Source: Eledone cirrhosa (taxonomy: Eukaryota). Taken from it: a DNA stretch of 64,000 nt. Shown here in pieces: positions 30,210 to 44,638 of this stretch. The translations under genes were made by a program, and so were the position numbers. Location of the stretch: the NCBI GenBank assembly GCA_964016885.1, contig OZ024742.1, positions 305,660,001 through 305,724,000 on the forward strand. Direction: 5' to 3'. The notes below the pieces were generated by a model. It was given only the letters and a program-made list of their open reading frames with translations. It was not told where the DNA came from and made no database searches. Every line of letters starts with the position of its first letter. The stretch's first letter is position 1.

Positions 30210-30970
30210 AATTCAAATCCCGCCGGTGTTAAATAGGCCGACAAAATACAGTACCATTCAAATACGGGGGTCTATATATCCAAATTTGTATTCCTCCCTA
30301 AATTGCTGGCCTTGCGCCTAAATTAGATATCATTATTAGTATTAAAGGGCGGTGGATTGGCAGTATCGGTAGAGGGTCGGACGCCATGCTTTCCAGCATA
30401 GTTACGTCCCTTCACGATCTGAGTTCAAATCCCGCCGAGGTTGACTTTGCCTTTCATCCTTACGGGGTCGATAAAATAAAGTACCAGTAATGCACCGGGT
30501 AATTGCTGGCCTTGTGCCTAAAGTAGAAACAATTATTAGTGTTAAAGCGGTGGATTGATAGTATCGGTAGAGCGTCAGACACCATGCATTACAGCGTAGA
30601 GTTATGGCCATTTACGTTCTGAGCTCATATCCCGCTGAGGTTAACTTTGCCTTTCATCCTTATCGGGCCGATAAAATAAAGCTCCAGTAACATACTGGCG
30701 TAAATGCTAGCTTTATGCCTCATTAGAAATGATTATTAATATTGAGGTTAGTGGATTAGCTGAGTCGGTAGAATGTCGGACAAATTCTTAGCACTGTTTG
30801 ATCCGGCTCTTTGCGTCCTCAGTTCAAACCCCACCGTGGTTAAATATGTTATTCCTTAGCGGTCAACAAAATAAAGTAACTGTCAAGTACTGGGGTCGTA
30901 ATAATCGCCGACTATAGTCCTCGTAAAAAAAAGTGCAGACCTTATATTAAAATTAGAAATCGATATTATT
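30210..30970 (+). mobile_element. Head-to-tail SINE family 1 array (partial 30210-30340, 30348-30537, 30547-30740, degenerate 30746-30970)
   Basis: Repeated GGCGGTGGATTGGCAGTATCGGTAGAG heads, B-boxes and tails. Confidence 0.85.
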
Positions 30971-31206
30971 ATGAATGTTGTTATTTAATAAGATAAATTC
31001 TATTCACGCTAGTATTATTTTCAAAATCCTTCATCATCATCAACATAAGTATCATCATCACCACAATTATATCTACCATTTTCTTCATCAACAACTTCAT
31101 GATTATTATTCTCAGCATCAACATTCCTATCATTATCACCATTAACGTAACGATCATCATCCTTATCAACATCATCATCAACACCATGATCATATAAATC
31201 TAATTT

Positions 31207-31245
<39 letters not shown>

Positions 31246-31409
31246 TTTGCTGTTGTTATTGTTTCTCCTCTATTGCTGTCATTTCCACTCAGATATTTTC
31301 TATTCACGCTTCATATACCGATATGTTTGGCAAGTTGTTGTTATTCTCCTGTTTTTAAAAATTTTACTTCAAATCAACTCTGTGCCACCCTAACCACCTT
31401 CCTCCCCAC

Positions 31410-32300
31410 CAAAAAAACAACCACCACCGCCACCATCACTATCATCAACAACACCCACACTGCCCTCACTAGTACCACCATCACCACAGCTACCACCACT
31501 ACCACCATCAACAACAACATCAACAAAACCACCAACATCACCAAAAACAACAACTTTAACAGCGCTACAACCACCAATAACACCGCCACTACCACCATCA
31601 CCACTACCATCACCACCACCACTATCATTACCAACAGCACCACAAACAACAAATTCAACCACGCTACAACCACCATACCCCCACCAACATAATCACCACC
31701 ACTAACATCACCTGCACCACCGCAACCATCAACTTCAATAGCGTTAATATCACAACTACCACCCTTCCCACGACCACTTACACTGCCACTACCACCATCC
31801 CCACCACCATCGCACCCAAACCCACCACTACCATCACCAACACCACCACAGCCAACAAATTCAACAGCGCTACAACCACCACGACCACAACCCCACCACC
31901 ACCACTATCACCATCACTACCATCGTCACCACCACCACTATCACCATCACAGCCACCATTACCACCACCACTACCACTATCCGCACAACCACGATCACCA
32001 CCACTACCACCATCACCACGACCGCTATCACAACAATACTAATACCACCATTTACACCGGCACTACCAACATCCACACCGCCCACTGCCCCCACCATTAC
32101 CATCATCCACACCACCACTATCACCACCACTACAACCATCCGCATCACCATCGCCATCACTACCACCATCCCACCACCACCACTATCACCATCACCACTA
32201 CCCCCCACCAAAACTATTACCACCATCACCACCACAACTATCACCACCACCACAACTATCACCACCACCACAACTATCACTTCCACCACCACAACAACCT
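31410..32300. repeat. Degenerate (ACC/ATC/AAC)n low-complexity region. Similar tracts at 1530-2130, 3640-3840 and 11270-11760
   Basis: Read directly. Gives Thr- and Val-rich spurious ORFs. Confidence 0.9.
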
Positions 32301-32421
32301 CTACACATATTTCCTTATTTCTCAGCTAAAATTGTTTTGTTTAATCTTTTCTACTTAGCTTGCCCTTGTTTATATATTCCAACTTTTATCCCAAACACAT
32401 GCATACATACATATATACATA

Positions 32422-32511
<90 letters not shown>

Positions 32512-32803
32512 TTTATATAAACTAAAACCCACATAGAAGCTAACTTTCAATTTCATTTTTACTTAAACATTTGCCTGACACAGACGTACATACATACATA
32601 CATACACACATATATAAATGCATACATATATACATACATACATACATACATGCATACACACATATATATACATACACACATACATACATTTTCAATGCTT
32701 TTCTCTCTCTCACCTCTCTTTTTCTTTCTATGTCTCTATCCCTCTATCTTACACTCACAAACTCTCTCTCTGTTTTACTTTTGTTCGTCTACCTTCTGTA
32801 AGC

Positions 32804-32906
<103 letters not shown>

Positions 32907-33400
32907 CATGTAATTTATATGAATGTATACGTGTATGCTAACATATATATATTTATACATATGCTAATATATATATATATATGTATATATGTTTGTGAGT
33001 GGAGTGTGTGTATGTGTCTATATATACGATATTCCCATGGCGTATATTAATACATCACATCTATGCCCACTAACACCTCACCCTCTTACACCCCGCTCTC
33101 TCTCTCATTCTAAAAGCTACCAATATAGCCTCATCATACTTACATTTCCCCTTGACACACACACACACAAATATATGCATATGCACACTCTCCCACTAAC
33201 ACATACACACATATTTATACACACACATCTATTTGTCAACCTTACTTTATACCTCCATTTTTAACTTTCTAGTCTAACACAACTCTGTCTAATATTATAA
33301 TATTTGCAATGTTTTTTCAACTCCTCCCTGTTGGTTTATCAAACTTTATGTAGATAGAAAGATCTACATTATACATGGATATAGATTATATATATATATT

Positions 33401-33440
<40 letters not shown>

Positions 33441-33527
33441 ATTATACAGATTATATAAATATATATATATTATTTATCTCTCTCTCTATCTCTCTCATAG
33501 CCTCTCTTATATATATATATATATATA

Positions 33528-33612
<85 letters not shown>

Positions 33613-34692
33613 TATGTATATATATATGTGTAGGTATATATATATATATATATATAAATATATATATACACACACACATATATATATATGTTAACTGTAT
33701 ATTCATGCGCATTATACATACATATATGGCTCTGTGTGTGTTTAGCTACTCATTCTACTTGTTTTGCCTTCAGTTTATCAGTTTTTCACGTTTTTCTTTT
33801 AAATATTTTTCTAGATGAAGTATATTTCTTTATTTTGTTATTTTATATTATTTCAATTTTAATTTTGAAATTTCTTCTGCTATTTTCTATCTTTCTTACA
33901 TCCATCTTCTAATAATTTTTCTCACTCAAACCCCAGCCATATCACCCACCCTCTCTCTTCCACACCCTCTCACCTTTCCCCTCTCTCTCGCCATTGCGTT
34001 ACTTCTCCGCTCTTTTTCACTCTTCCTCTCTCACTCCCCCCTCTCTCTGCTTTCCGTCTTACACTCTCCCCCCCTCTCTCTCTCACTCACTCTTTCAACC
34101 ATACCATTATTCTCGCCTTTCTCATACTTTCATCAGCCTCGTTCTCATGTTTATTCCACCTGTATCTATCTTCCTCCCTTCGCCGTCTCGCCCCCCCCCC
34201 CTCTCCTTCACCCTCCACACTCTCCCTCTCACTTTTTCTCTCTTCACCTTCTCCCTCACAGTCTGTCTATCTCTTCTCCTGCTCTGCTGTTTCTCACTGT
34301 TTACCAACTTTTTCTTATAAAACGTACATTTATTTCTAACAACCATATTCTTACATTTTCTCTCACCAACCCACCCATCCATAGATATTCATACAACAGA
34401 GCGAACGTACGCCGCGTACGCTCTTAAAGGCACACACACAAGCACACACACACACACAAACACGCACACACTCACACATATACACAAAGACAGAGAGACA
34501 TTAAGATAATTTTGTATATTATGTTTTACGCGTGTATGTACATATGTGCACACACACATACACATATGTACAGATGTGTGAGTACATATACGTGTACATA
34601 TATATATACACATATATATATATATACACGTATATTTACTCACATATTACAGATAGATAGATAGATAGATAGTAAAATAGATAGACAGACTG

Positions 34693-34775
<83 letters not shown>

Positions 34776-34963
34776 AAACCTATCTATATTTTTATATCTC
34801 TTTCGCACCATTTCACATTGTTAATATCAATCTTATTATTCCACTCCTATCTTACTACACTATAATCTTTCGCCAAAGCTACATACGCCATTCTTGCATT
34901 CTTGAATAATTATTTTATTTTAACCGCCTGTACACAACACAGAGACACACATATATGTATTCA

Positions 34964-35022
<59 letters not shown>

Positions 35023-35098
35023 TTCGAGATTAAAAAAGACAAACACTGAGGTACAATTACACGTCTTATGTATATGTGCGTGTGTGTGTGTGCACATA

Positions 35099-35134
<36 letters not shown>

Positions 35135-35170
35135 TGTGTATATATATATATATATATATATACATATATG

Positions 35171-35317
<147 letters not shown>

Positions 35318-35463
35318 TAAAAACTACATTATATATAGTTACGTATATACATACACATATACTTATCAATATATATATATATATATATATGTTTTATGTG
35401 CATTTTTGCCTTATAGAAATCTTTTACCAAACTGAAATAGAAGACATTATTTTCTTGTTTAAC

Positions 35464-35510
<47 letters not shown>

Positions 35511-35720
35511 GTGTGTGTGTGTTTCTGTAAGTATATCTCATCTATGTACAAATTTAGATGTGTGTATTGTTGAAATAATTGGCTAAGACATTTCTTTAAC
35601 GCGATTAACATACACACAATCACACATACTTATACGCTTAGAAACATAACTAATTTTGTATTCTCCTACACAGGGTATGCAAAGGAATGTAAATTTTCTT
35701 GCACATATTAGTGGCTTTAT

Positions 35721-35773
<53 letters not shown>

Positions 35774-36113
35774 TGTGTGTATGTGTGTGAAGGGTTATAT
35801 TTCTGTATGTCTTTTCGATTGAAATTCATCTATAGTTACAGTCACACAAACACAGGTATACATGTGTCATTTGTTTGTGCATTTTTATATAGTAATCCTT
35901 TCTCTTCACTTATCCTTCATACTGGCACACTGTTGTACTCACACCACGTATATAAACACATACAGAGGAATATTTACAAGTATGTTTATATACATGTTAT
36001 ATATATATATATATATATATGTATGGATATGTGTTATGTAGGTATATATTTGAGTATATATAAATATATATATATATTTGAGTGTATATCTATCTATCTA
36101 TCTATCTCACTTT

Positions 36114-36186
<73 letters not shown>

Positions 36187-36199
36187 GATAGATAGATAA

Positions 36200-36299
<100 letters not shown>

Positions 36300-36560
36300 G
36301 GAGATGGGCCTACAGAGTCGTCGTCTGCAGGCCATTTCTCCACCAATATATTTCATGAATTTGCTGGTATGTTTCGCATCTGTTCTGCTTCCTCATTTAT
36401 GTATAGGATATATTTTACCGTCTTTTAAATTTGTAAGTAATTTTCCATATGTAAGGGAACCTTGAAAATAAAATCTACAATGGTCTTGCTAGGCCCGTTT
36501 ACATGCTTTTAAAAAATTGCTCGGAAACCTTATTGATTCCGTCGGATTACTCCTTGTTGA
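36300..36560 (-). pseudogene. Decayed LINE ORF2 fragment just upstream of the RT domain
   Basis: FPSNFLKACK...FQGSLTYGKLLTNLKDGKIYPIHK*GSRTDAK...RPISL resembles the conserved pre-RT segment of APE-type LINEs. Confidence 0.55.
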
Positions 36561-37801
36561 CATGGGAGAAACTGATTTATTCTTGTAATAAATGTTTTCA
36601 GTAAAATCCGTGAACGTATTATGACATTGTTTTACTGTTTGATAACATCTGAAACTCTTCCATCCTCCGAGGTTGTACTACGTTGATTAATATTATATAG
36701 CCTCACTCAACCCTTATGTTAGAGTGAGCGAAGCATGGTCGTATGGGTAAGGAGAATGTTTCACTATCACTATGGTTCGGGTTCAATAACCACTGTGTGA
36801 CATTTAGGGCAATGAGTGAAATTTTACATATGGAACCTGTTCGGAAATCCATCGGATGGACTGTGGCTCTAATTCAAAGAGCAAACCTTGCAACACAAAA
36901 TGCCACACTGAATCTCCCTAAAGATACTAGTTATGGGTACACATGTCTGTGGAATAATCAACAACTTTCATCTTAATTTCAGGAGCAGGCTTATATGTTG
37001 ATACACCCACTCACGCACCAATCTTTAACTATCGAAACCCTCTCAAATGTCCTCAGGGTTGTAGTCATCTCAAATATTATAGTCACCACTGTTACCCTCA
37101 CAATATTAGATGGCATCCAGTTTGATATAGCCAATGAGTTTATGAGTAGATTTATCCAGCATGTATACATCATTAGGTTCGGGACCAGAAAAAAATTCAT
37201 CCTCATCATCTCGTCTTATTTATTGTCTCCGCGACGAAGGACACCCCACCCCAACTATTGGTGTATCAATGAGAGGGCACCTCGTTACTGCCGTGCAGAC
37301 CGCTACTGTAGGCTTTGCATACATTACAAGAACAGAAAAAAACAGAGGAGATACTTTGATATCATCATAGAAAACCCTTAGACACAAACACCGGAAATCC
37401 CTTAAACTCCCTCTTAGCTCCATCTAGTTTTGTGTCTGTGTAGAGCGGGCATTCACCACCCTCAAACTAGAAAACCATGAAATAAGATGAATGCTATTGT
37501 TTAATCTAAATCCGACCGCCCACGACCAGTGGAAATACCAGAACAATATAGAATTTGAACCCCTAGCAACCCCAGAGCTCTATTTACAGACAACAATTTA
37601 TCAACTTTGACAGAAGAGATGGTTCGGATCAATGAGATTGTTGTTATTTCATGTTACAATAGTTGATATAACATGACGTATTGTTAAAACACCATTAATT
37701 GTGGCCATGCAACACTTTGATAGAAAGACGTCAAACATTTAATATGCACACAAACACATATGCACTCACATATACACATAAACACGATGGCATACTTAGA
37801 T

Positions 37802-37863
<62 letters not shown>

Positions 37864-38284
37864 CGGCCGTCGATCTTTGCTTGACCGAACTTATTCCACG
37901 CGCACGCGCACTCTGCTGAATACCTCAGATATTCAAAACAACGAACAGCAGGGGACACGTATCGTTCCTCTCCGACAAATAACCCCCCCCCCCCACACAC
38001 ACACACCCGGAAACCCCCCCCCCCAGTTGATGGATGTGAATCCGAAATATAGGGATAATTAAATCTCTCCCAAGGTAACTCTATCTCGTGTTATTGTTTT
38101 TACCCTCTTTCTTACGTTCTTCTACACACTATACATCTCATTCTACATTCACTTACATCTCTCTCTTCACCACCGGATATTGTTACCCGGAGAATTACCC
38201 ATCTGCATTGTTGAGGCTTCTAAAACGACCAAAAGAAAATAAATCTTATTATTCCACAATGCTTCAAGCAAATTTCAATACTCT

Positions 38285-38336
<52 letters not shown>

Positions 38337-38338
<2 letters not shown>

Positions 38339-38628
38339 TTTATCCCGGGTTCAATCGGGGGTAACCACAGGTAAGTAGGGTACTCAATACATAGCAGAGT
38401 ATAAATATTTAATATTGAAATGGCTTTGTTCTCTAAATATAGTTTTTAAAGAATTCCCTTTTCTTTAAATCCATCAACCAATGACCTCTACTCATCCCAA
38501 TCACCACCCTGTCCTATCAGCAGAAAATGTATAAATACCACCACATTACTTGGACAGTCGACTTCCTGATGATTTCTCCCAAATGAAACACTTCTAGTCC
38601 TGTAGAATCCATTTCAATATTAAATATA
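38337..38628. mobile_element. Family D hammerhead element with partial inversion
   Basis: Degenerate HHR CTTC-CTGATGA-tttctcccaaat-GAAA-...CCTG-TA-GAAT at 38562-38608. 38405-38425 is inverted relative to 38607-38627. TA-rich flanks. Confidence 0.65.
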
Positions 38629-38650
38629 GATATATGGATGTATATATATA

Positions 38651-38687
<37 letters not shown>

Positions 38688-38689
<2 letters not shown>

Positions 38690-38868
38690 CGAAGGAAATG
38701 TGGTAAGGAACCAGGTGGACCATAACGCACCAAAGTACTCAATACTTAGGGTAGTAGAGTGGGTAATAGGAACGGCTGAGCTCAAGCCCTTTCGACAGTT
38801 AATTCTGAGTCCAGAGTTAGCCGTCGAAACGGCTTGAGCTCAGCCGTCGGGGTCCTACTCGTTCCTAT
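38688..38868. mobile_element. Fold-back element, family E
   Basis: Homologous to 10862-11055. GAAA-CGGCT-tgagctc-AGCCG-TC-GGGGTC at 38826-38854. Confidence 0.85.
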
Positions 38869-38898
38869 ATATAAATATATATATATATATATATGTAC

Positions 38899-39008
<110 letters not shown>

Positions 39009-39011
39009 ATG

Positions 39012-39044
<33 letters not shown>

Positions 39045-39053
39045 TGTGTATAT

Positions 39054-39663
39054 ATCTATATATATAAAACTGAGGATGTATGTCTGTGTGTGTGTGTGTG
39101 AGTTTGAATCCCTAAAACTCGAGAAGTACCCAACGGACCTTTTTCAAACTATACATGTGTATTACTTATGTTTCAGGGACTGTTATGCACATTAAAAAAT
39201 TCAACTTTTTGATTCCATAGGTGAAAAACTGCGTTTTTTCAGGTTTTTAGGGTTTTTTTGAGGCGTTACGTCAGACTGATTTCCTTGAAATTGTAACTAT
39301 GTATTAGTCAGTCCCTTCTTCATACTGTGATCAAAGAAAATCCAACTTATTTTATGACCTAGGGCCCGCATTAGGTGAAAAACTTCATTTTTTCAGCTTT
39401 TTAGGGCTTTTTCGAGGCGTTACGTCTAGCCGATTTTCCCGAAATTTCAAGGCATATTATGCACATAAAAAAAAATTCATTTTTTTGATACCCTAGGGCC
39501 CGCATTAGGTGAAAACCTGCATTTTTCCTGCTTCATCGAGGAAAATCGTAAAGATTATCCAGCCATCAGAGTATTCGGTTTATTTTCTTTACATATTGTC
39601 CACGCATGCAGTTTTTTCACGATTAGGTCTGTTGGCGACCCGCGTTCCAAAATACCTTATCCC

Positions 39664-39665
<2 letters not shown>
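39054..39665 (-). mobile_element. Helitron/Helentron-like non-autonomous element, second copy, with internal direct repeats
   Basis: Reverse-complement homology to 2604-2962. GGGCCCGCATTAGGTGAAAA and GAGGCGTTACGTC are duplicated internally. Confidence 0.65.
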
Positions 39666-39725
<60 letters not shown>

Positions 39726-39745
39726 ATATATATATGTATGATATG

Positions 39746-39818
<73 letters not shown>

Positions 39819-40215
39819 GCATAAACAAGACACCATGTACAGTGTATTGGTCAAACAATAGGGCCTAAAATCTATGTATAGTAATAAAAGTCAAAACGAT
39901 AACTGCTTGTATTTCACATTGACTTCCTCCTAGTGATGTGCCTCGTTCCCGCGCTTCTTGTTTCCACAATCACTATGACAGCGATAACTTCGTTAAAGAT
40001 ATCTAAATTACTTCAGCTTTGAGTTGCTGACTGTGAAATTAAAGCTTCTTTTCCTATATTCCTGAAAGCCGATCTACTCCAATACTGGCCTACTTTCATT
40101 TTCATTTAAAGTAATTAGACGAAAGACGAGATGATATAATTTCAATATTTGTTACTCTGTTTCTGCTTCTGCATCTCTATTGTTTAATAAAGGTATCATA
40201 TATGTTGTAGGTGTT

Positions 40216-40262
<47 letters not shown>

Positions 40263-40347
40263 AATGTGTGAGTGTGCTTGTGTGTCTGCTTATTTCAATG
40301 TGTTTATATGGAAATATTTATGTGTAAGCATGTTTTATGCACATGGT

Positions 40348-40386
<39 letters not shown>

Positions 40387-40395
40387 ATGTATTTA

Positions 40396-40446
<51 letters not shown>

Positions 40447-40899
40447 GCATACGTACATATACTTATACTCATGTACACGCTTACATATATATAGAAATAT
40501 AAATACTAATGAGTACATAAACACATACACATTGAATGACACACACATCTGAATACAGATGCCTTTACAGGCAGGCACTCGTATACAAAACACGTCTACA
40601 ATCACATGCACAGGTACGCATGCGTGCGTATGTTGGCACAAAGCTGCACACATATAATTACGGTAGATTCATTTAAATGTAGAAAACAATCACGCACATG
40701 GCATGCATGCACGAACCTCTAAAGGATAATTATATATGAGCATATATGAAGGTATTTAAATGTGCCTGCCCTCAGTTTCTTAGGTACACATTCACATAAA
40801 CACAAACATATGTGTGTTTATGTGTGCATACACGTTTCTAATATTTCATTCGTTTTCTTTGAAGGAAAGTGGACTGTGTGCATGGCTTTTACAATCCCC

Positions 40900-40933
<34 letters not shown>

Positions 40934-40950
40934 GTGTATCTGTGTGTGTA

Positions 40951-41022
<72 letters not shown>

Positions 41023-41976
41023 TAAGACCGTGGTTATGGGATATTTCTTAAATCTGTTAAAATTGCGAAGAATTGAGAATACTGAAGTTGAAATTATATT
41101 CACTATAATGCATGTAACTTTGATAATAGTTGACAATTTTATTTATAGTTATCTACATCCTGTGGACGATATTTTCAAATGTTCCAGTTAGTCTCAAACC
41201 CTATCATCATCAGCAACATACTCGTATTCCTATTCAGTGTTGGTTATTTAAAATTTATAGTAAATGGTTTTGACATAGAATCAATAGCTGTAGTTATGTA
41301 AACCCACCATCAATACATGCATACGGACATCTAAAGTCTAAAAAGATCTAAAGTCTGTTTAACCCAGAAGGCTCGTTAGGCTGGTGCTTATCCTGATTTC
41401 ATGTCGTGAAGCGACTGAGAGTGCAAGACCCCCTTCCTGGACAGGACGCCAGTCCATCGCAGTATTAATCCCTTCAGCTATTGCTGATACTCATTTACAG
41501 CCGAGTATACTGGAGCAAAGTGAAATGACGTGTTTTGCTCAAGAACACAACACACAACCCAGCCCAGGAATTGAACCCCACGAAATTTTGATCGTAAGTC
41601 CAACACACTTACCACTAGGCTACGGACCTCTCCATACGTACATAATGTATATAAATACGTACATGCATTCATAAATGTTCATACAAAATTTAACTATTTA
41701 TCCGATGGTCTAATTGAAGGTGTCGATGGTGGTAATGATGTTAAAAATATGGGTAATGTTCCGTGCAAATCGAAGTTTATTGATAAAAATTAAATATGGA
41801 AATTCACAGAACTGTTTCTAAAGAATATATTTTTCTTTAACACATACAAAATATATGGTACATCAAGGAGCAACAAATTGACTTTTTAATAGTTTGTGAA
41901 TTATCAAACATATTAATATTCTCCATATAAAGCATACATTTTATGAATATGTTTGTGTAGTTAGAATTACAGGGGT

Positions 41977-42052
<76 letters not shown>

Positions 42053-43108
42053 CATATATACATACATATATATATATATATATAACGAGTGCTGCCGAAT
42101 ACCGTGGTTGTGATTGATATTTTCTTTATCAAGTTTGGGTCACGTTATTCTGGAGTTTCTTTTTCTGTGTATTGGGGGAAGAGAGAAAGTGTGTAAATTA
42201 ATGCATGTATATACATAATCTTTTGTTATAATCAATCAATCCGTAAAACATATATAACTAAAATCTCCTTTCTGTACCACATAGAAATTATTGTTTTTCA
42301 GATTAAAGAAAAATAGATTTTTTAGATACAGTTCTATGCATTTCCACATTTTTTATTTACATATAAACTTCGGTTTGCACAGAACTCTACCTCTGTTTTT
42401 AATATTTTCACCACCATAGTCCTCATCATGTCGCCCATCGCATAAATCGTTAAATTCTGAAACGTAGTTTTCATCTGTCTCCACCGTGTTCCATACCGCA
42501 CACAAGAATTGATCCTTCCCTCTCCTTTTCCGCATCATATATGTTAACTACAATTGCTCGTATTTTGAAAATATATAAATATTTGTCATTACCAAGTGTA
42601 ATATATATGGTGTTATTTAGCATTCTTCTTTTTATAAAAGTAAATGATTGTTTGTGTCAATGCTATATATGTGAGTGCCTGTGAATTTGCTAGCTAAGTG
42701 TCATTGCCGAACCGTCGTAGTCAAATCCTAATCAGCATCATTCTTCTTCTAAGTTGCCCATTTATTCCTGGGAGGGGAGTGGAGGCAGAATCCTCAAACA
42801 CACCATCTAACAGTTCCTGTCAGAAGAAACTATCTCTAATTGATGGACAATGTAACACCTTCTTTCCTAGAGAATTCAGAAGTTTAAATGAAGTAAAGGT
42901 TTTTCAATTAAATATTGAACCAACATTTCACAGTCAACGCACTGTAGACCCCTCTCTTCATTTACACGTTTTCATTATCCTTTAGGTATGAGACACTTTC
43001 GTGTTTACACAAATGTTATTGTTTATTTACTGATAAATTGCTGACAGTGTGTCTGTTTGCATTTTATCTGTCTTTCTCCTTCTCTCCCATACACACACGC
43101 ACACATGC

Positions 43109-43233
<125 letters not shown>

Positions 43234-43645
43234 CAGAATAAATGGAGTAGAAGGCAATACATTTAAAAACAAACTCTACTTCTTACAGTGTTTCATCTAA
43301 GCATTGAGCACACTTCGCTTCGGTTATTGGCGTCTAGAATACTGTATCACAATTCTTTCTCGCCTACATCCTTATGATACATATCTCTTCTTTAATATTT
43401 ATATATTTACATATATATATATATAGCCGCTCTGTCTATTATCTACGTAGATGTTCATCGTTTATTAATTCGTTATTTCCTGTATATATCGCCTATGGAA
43501 GTAATAAATAGCTATCAACTAATAATTGTTATTATTGACTGGTGAGGTCTACTGAATTCTTGACCCACTTCTCATTTAAGTATCTACCATCCTTACTGGG
43601 GTCGATTTGATTGACTTTCTCCACCCCTGGGGTTATTGCTCTTGT

Positions 43646-43830
43646 GATTGACAGTATTGGTAGAGGGTCGAACGCCATGTTTTGCCGCAAAGAGTTACGG
43701 CCATTTGTGGTCTAAGTGCAAATCCCGGCGCGGTTAACCTTTGCCTTTCATCCTTACGGGGTCGATAAATTAAAGTTCCAGTAATACGCTGAGATAATTG
43801 CTGGCCTTGTGCCAAACGTAGAAACAATTT
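43646..43830 (+). mobile_element. SINE family 1
   Basis: Family core and tail. Confidence 0.8.
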
Positions 43831-44128
43831 TGTTATTATTATTATTATTGTTATTATTATTCTCTGAGTATGTGTCTGTAAATTAAAGGTGGAAAACTGG
43901 GAGAGGGCACTTGCCCTGGTGGTCAGGGCCACTGTGGTCTTTTAATGGGCTTTCTCCACAAATGTCCCTTGGAAGTCTCCCCCCTATTGGGGAATTTTTC
44001 TTTGTTATTTTATTTCAACCTCTGTTTTTTTACACGCAGAAATGCCCTTTTGTACCGTCCTGTATTATCCTGTACTGTCCTTAATGTCTACTTTATGTGA
44101 ACCCTTGTGGTTAATAAAGAAAACATTA

Positions 44129-44176
<48 letters not shown>

Positions 44177-44248
44177 GAGATTTTCATGTTTTTGTTGGTC
44201 TTAATAACTATTAAATAAACACCTTTTCTCCTCCTCTTTCCTTTACAG

Positions 44249-44389
44249 AGTTCAACAAAAGCAAGTGAGAGTGGCATTGTAGATGACTTACAAGCTGTCA
44301 GAGATGATAACGACGATGATGATGATGACGAAGACGACAAACTGCCATCCGGACATGAATATGACACTGAAAGATTGAAAGCCTTTAAC
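44249..44389 (+). CDS. NOL4: Internal exon of a nucleolar protein 4 (NOL4/NOL4L)-like gene
   Basis: Polypyrimidine tract-cag acceptor and gtaagg donor. 141 nt, phase 0: SSTKASESGIVDDLQAVRDDNDDDDDDEDDKLPSGHEYDTERLKAFN. The acidic run plus ERLKAFN directly precedes [13 protein letters not shown] in NOL4 proteins. Absent from the ORF track. Confidence 0.88.
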
Positions 44390-44438
44390 GTAAGGGATTC
44401 GACAAAAGTTTTCTCTCTCTCCTCTCCCTTCTCGCTCT

Positions 44439-44530
<92 letters not shown>

Positions 44531-44534
<4 letters not shown>

Positions 44535-44638
44535 GGCTTCTACATGACTAGAACTGTTTCATTCGGGAGAAATCATCAGAAAGGGCTTCCTGATGATTTC
44601 TCCCGAATGAAATAGTTCTAGTCCTGTAAATGCCATTT
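44531..44638. mobile_element. Minimal fold-back element, family D: two back-to-back hammerheads
   Basis: + arm GGCTTC-CTGATGA(44590)-tttctcccgaat-GAAA-tAGttctagtcCTG-TA. - arm CTGATGA...GAAA-CAG...TG-TA-GAAGCC. (TA)n flanks. Confidence 0.75.

Noticed and set aside
29093-30970. Regularly repeated units as a CRISPR array or tRNA gene cluster
   Set aside because: Eukaryotic context, ~190-bp units without unique spacers, only tRNA-like A/B boxes with no full cloverleaf, and dispersed copies have TSDs. These are SINEs.
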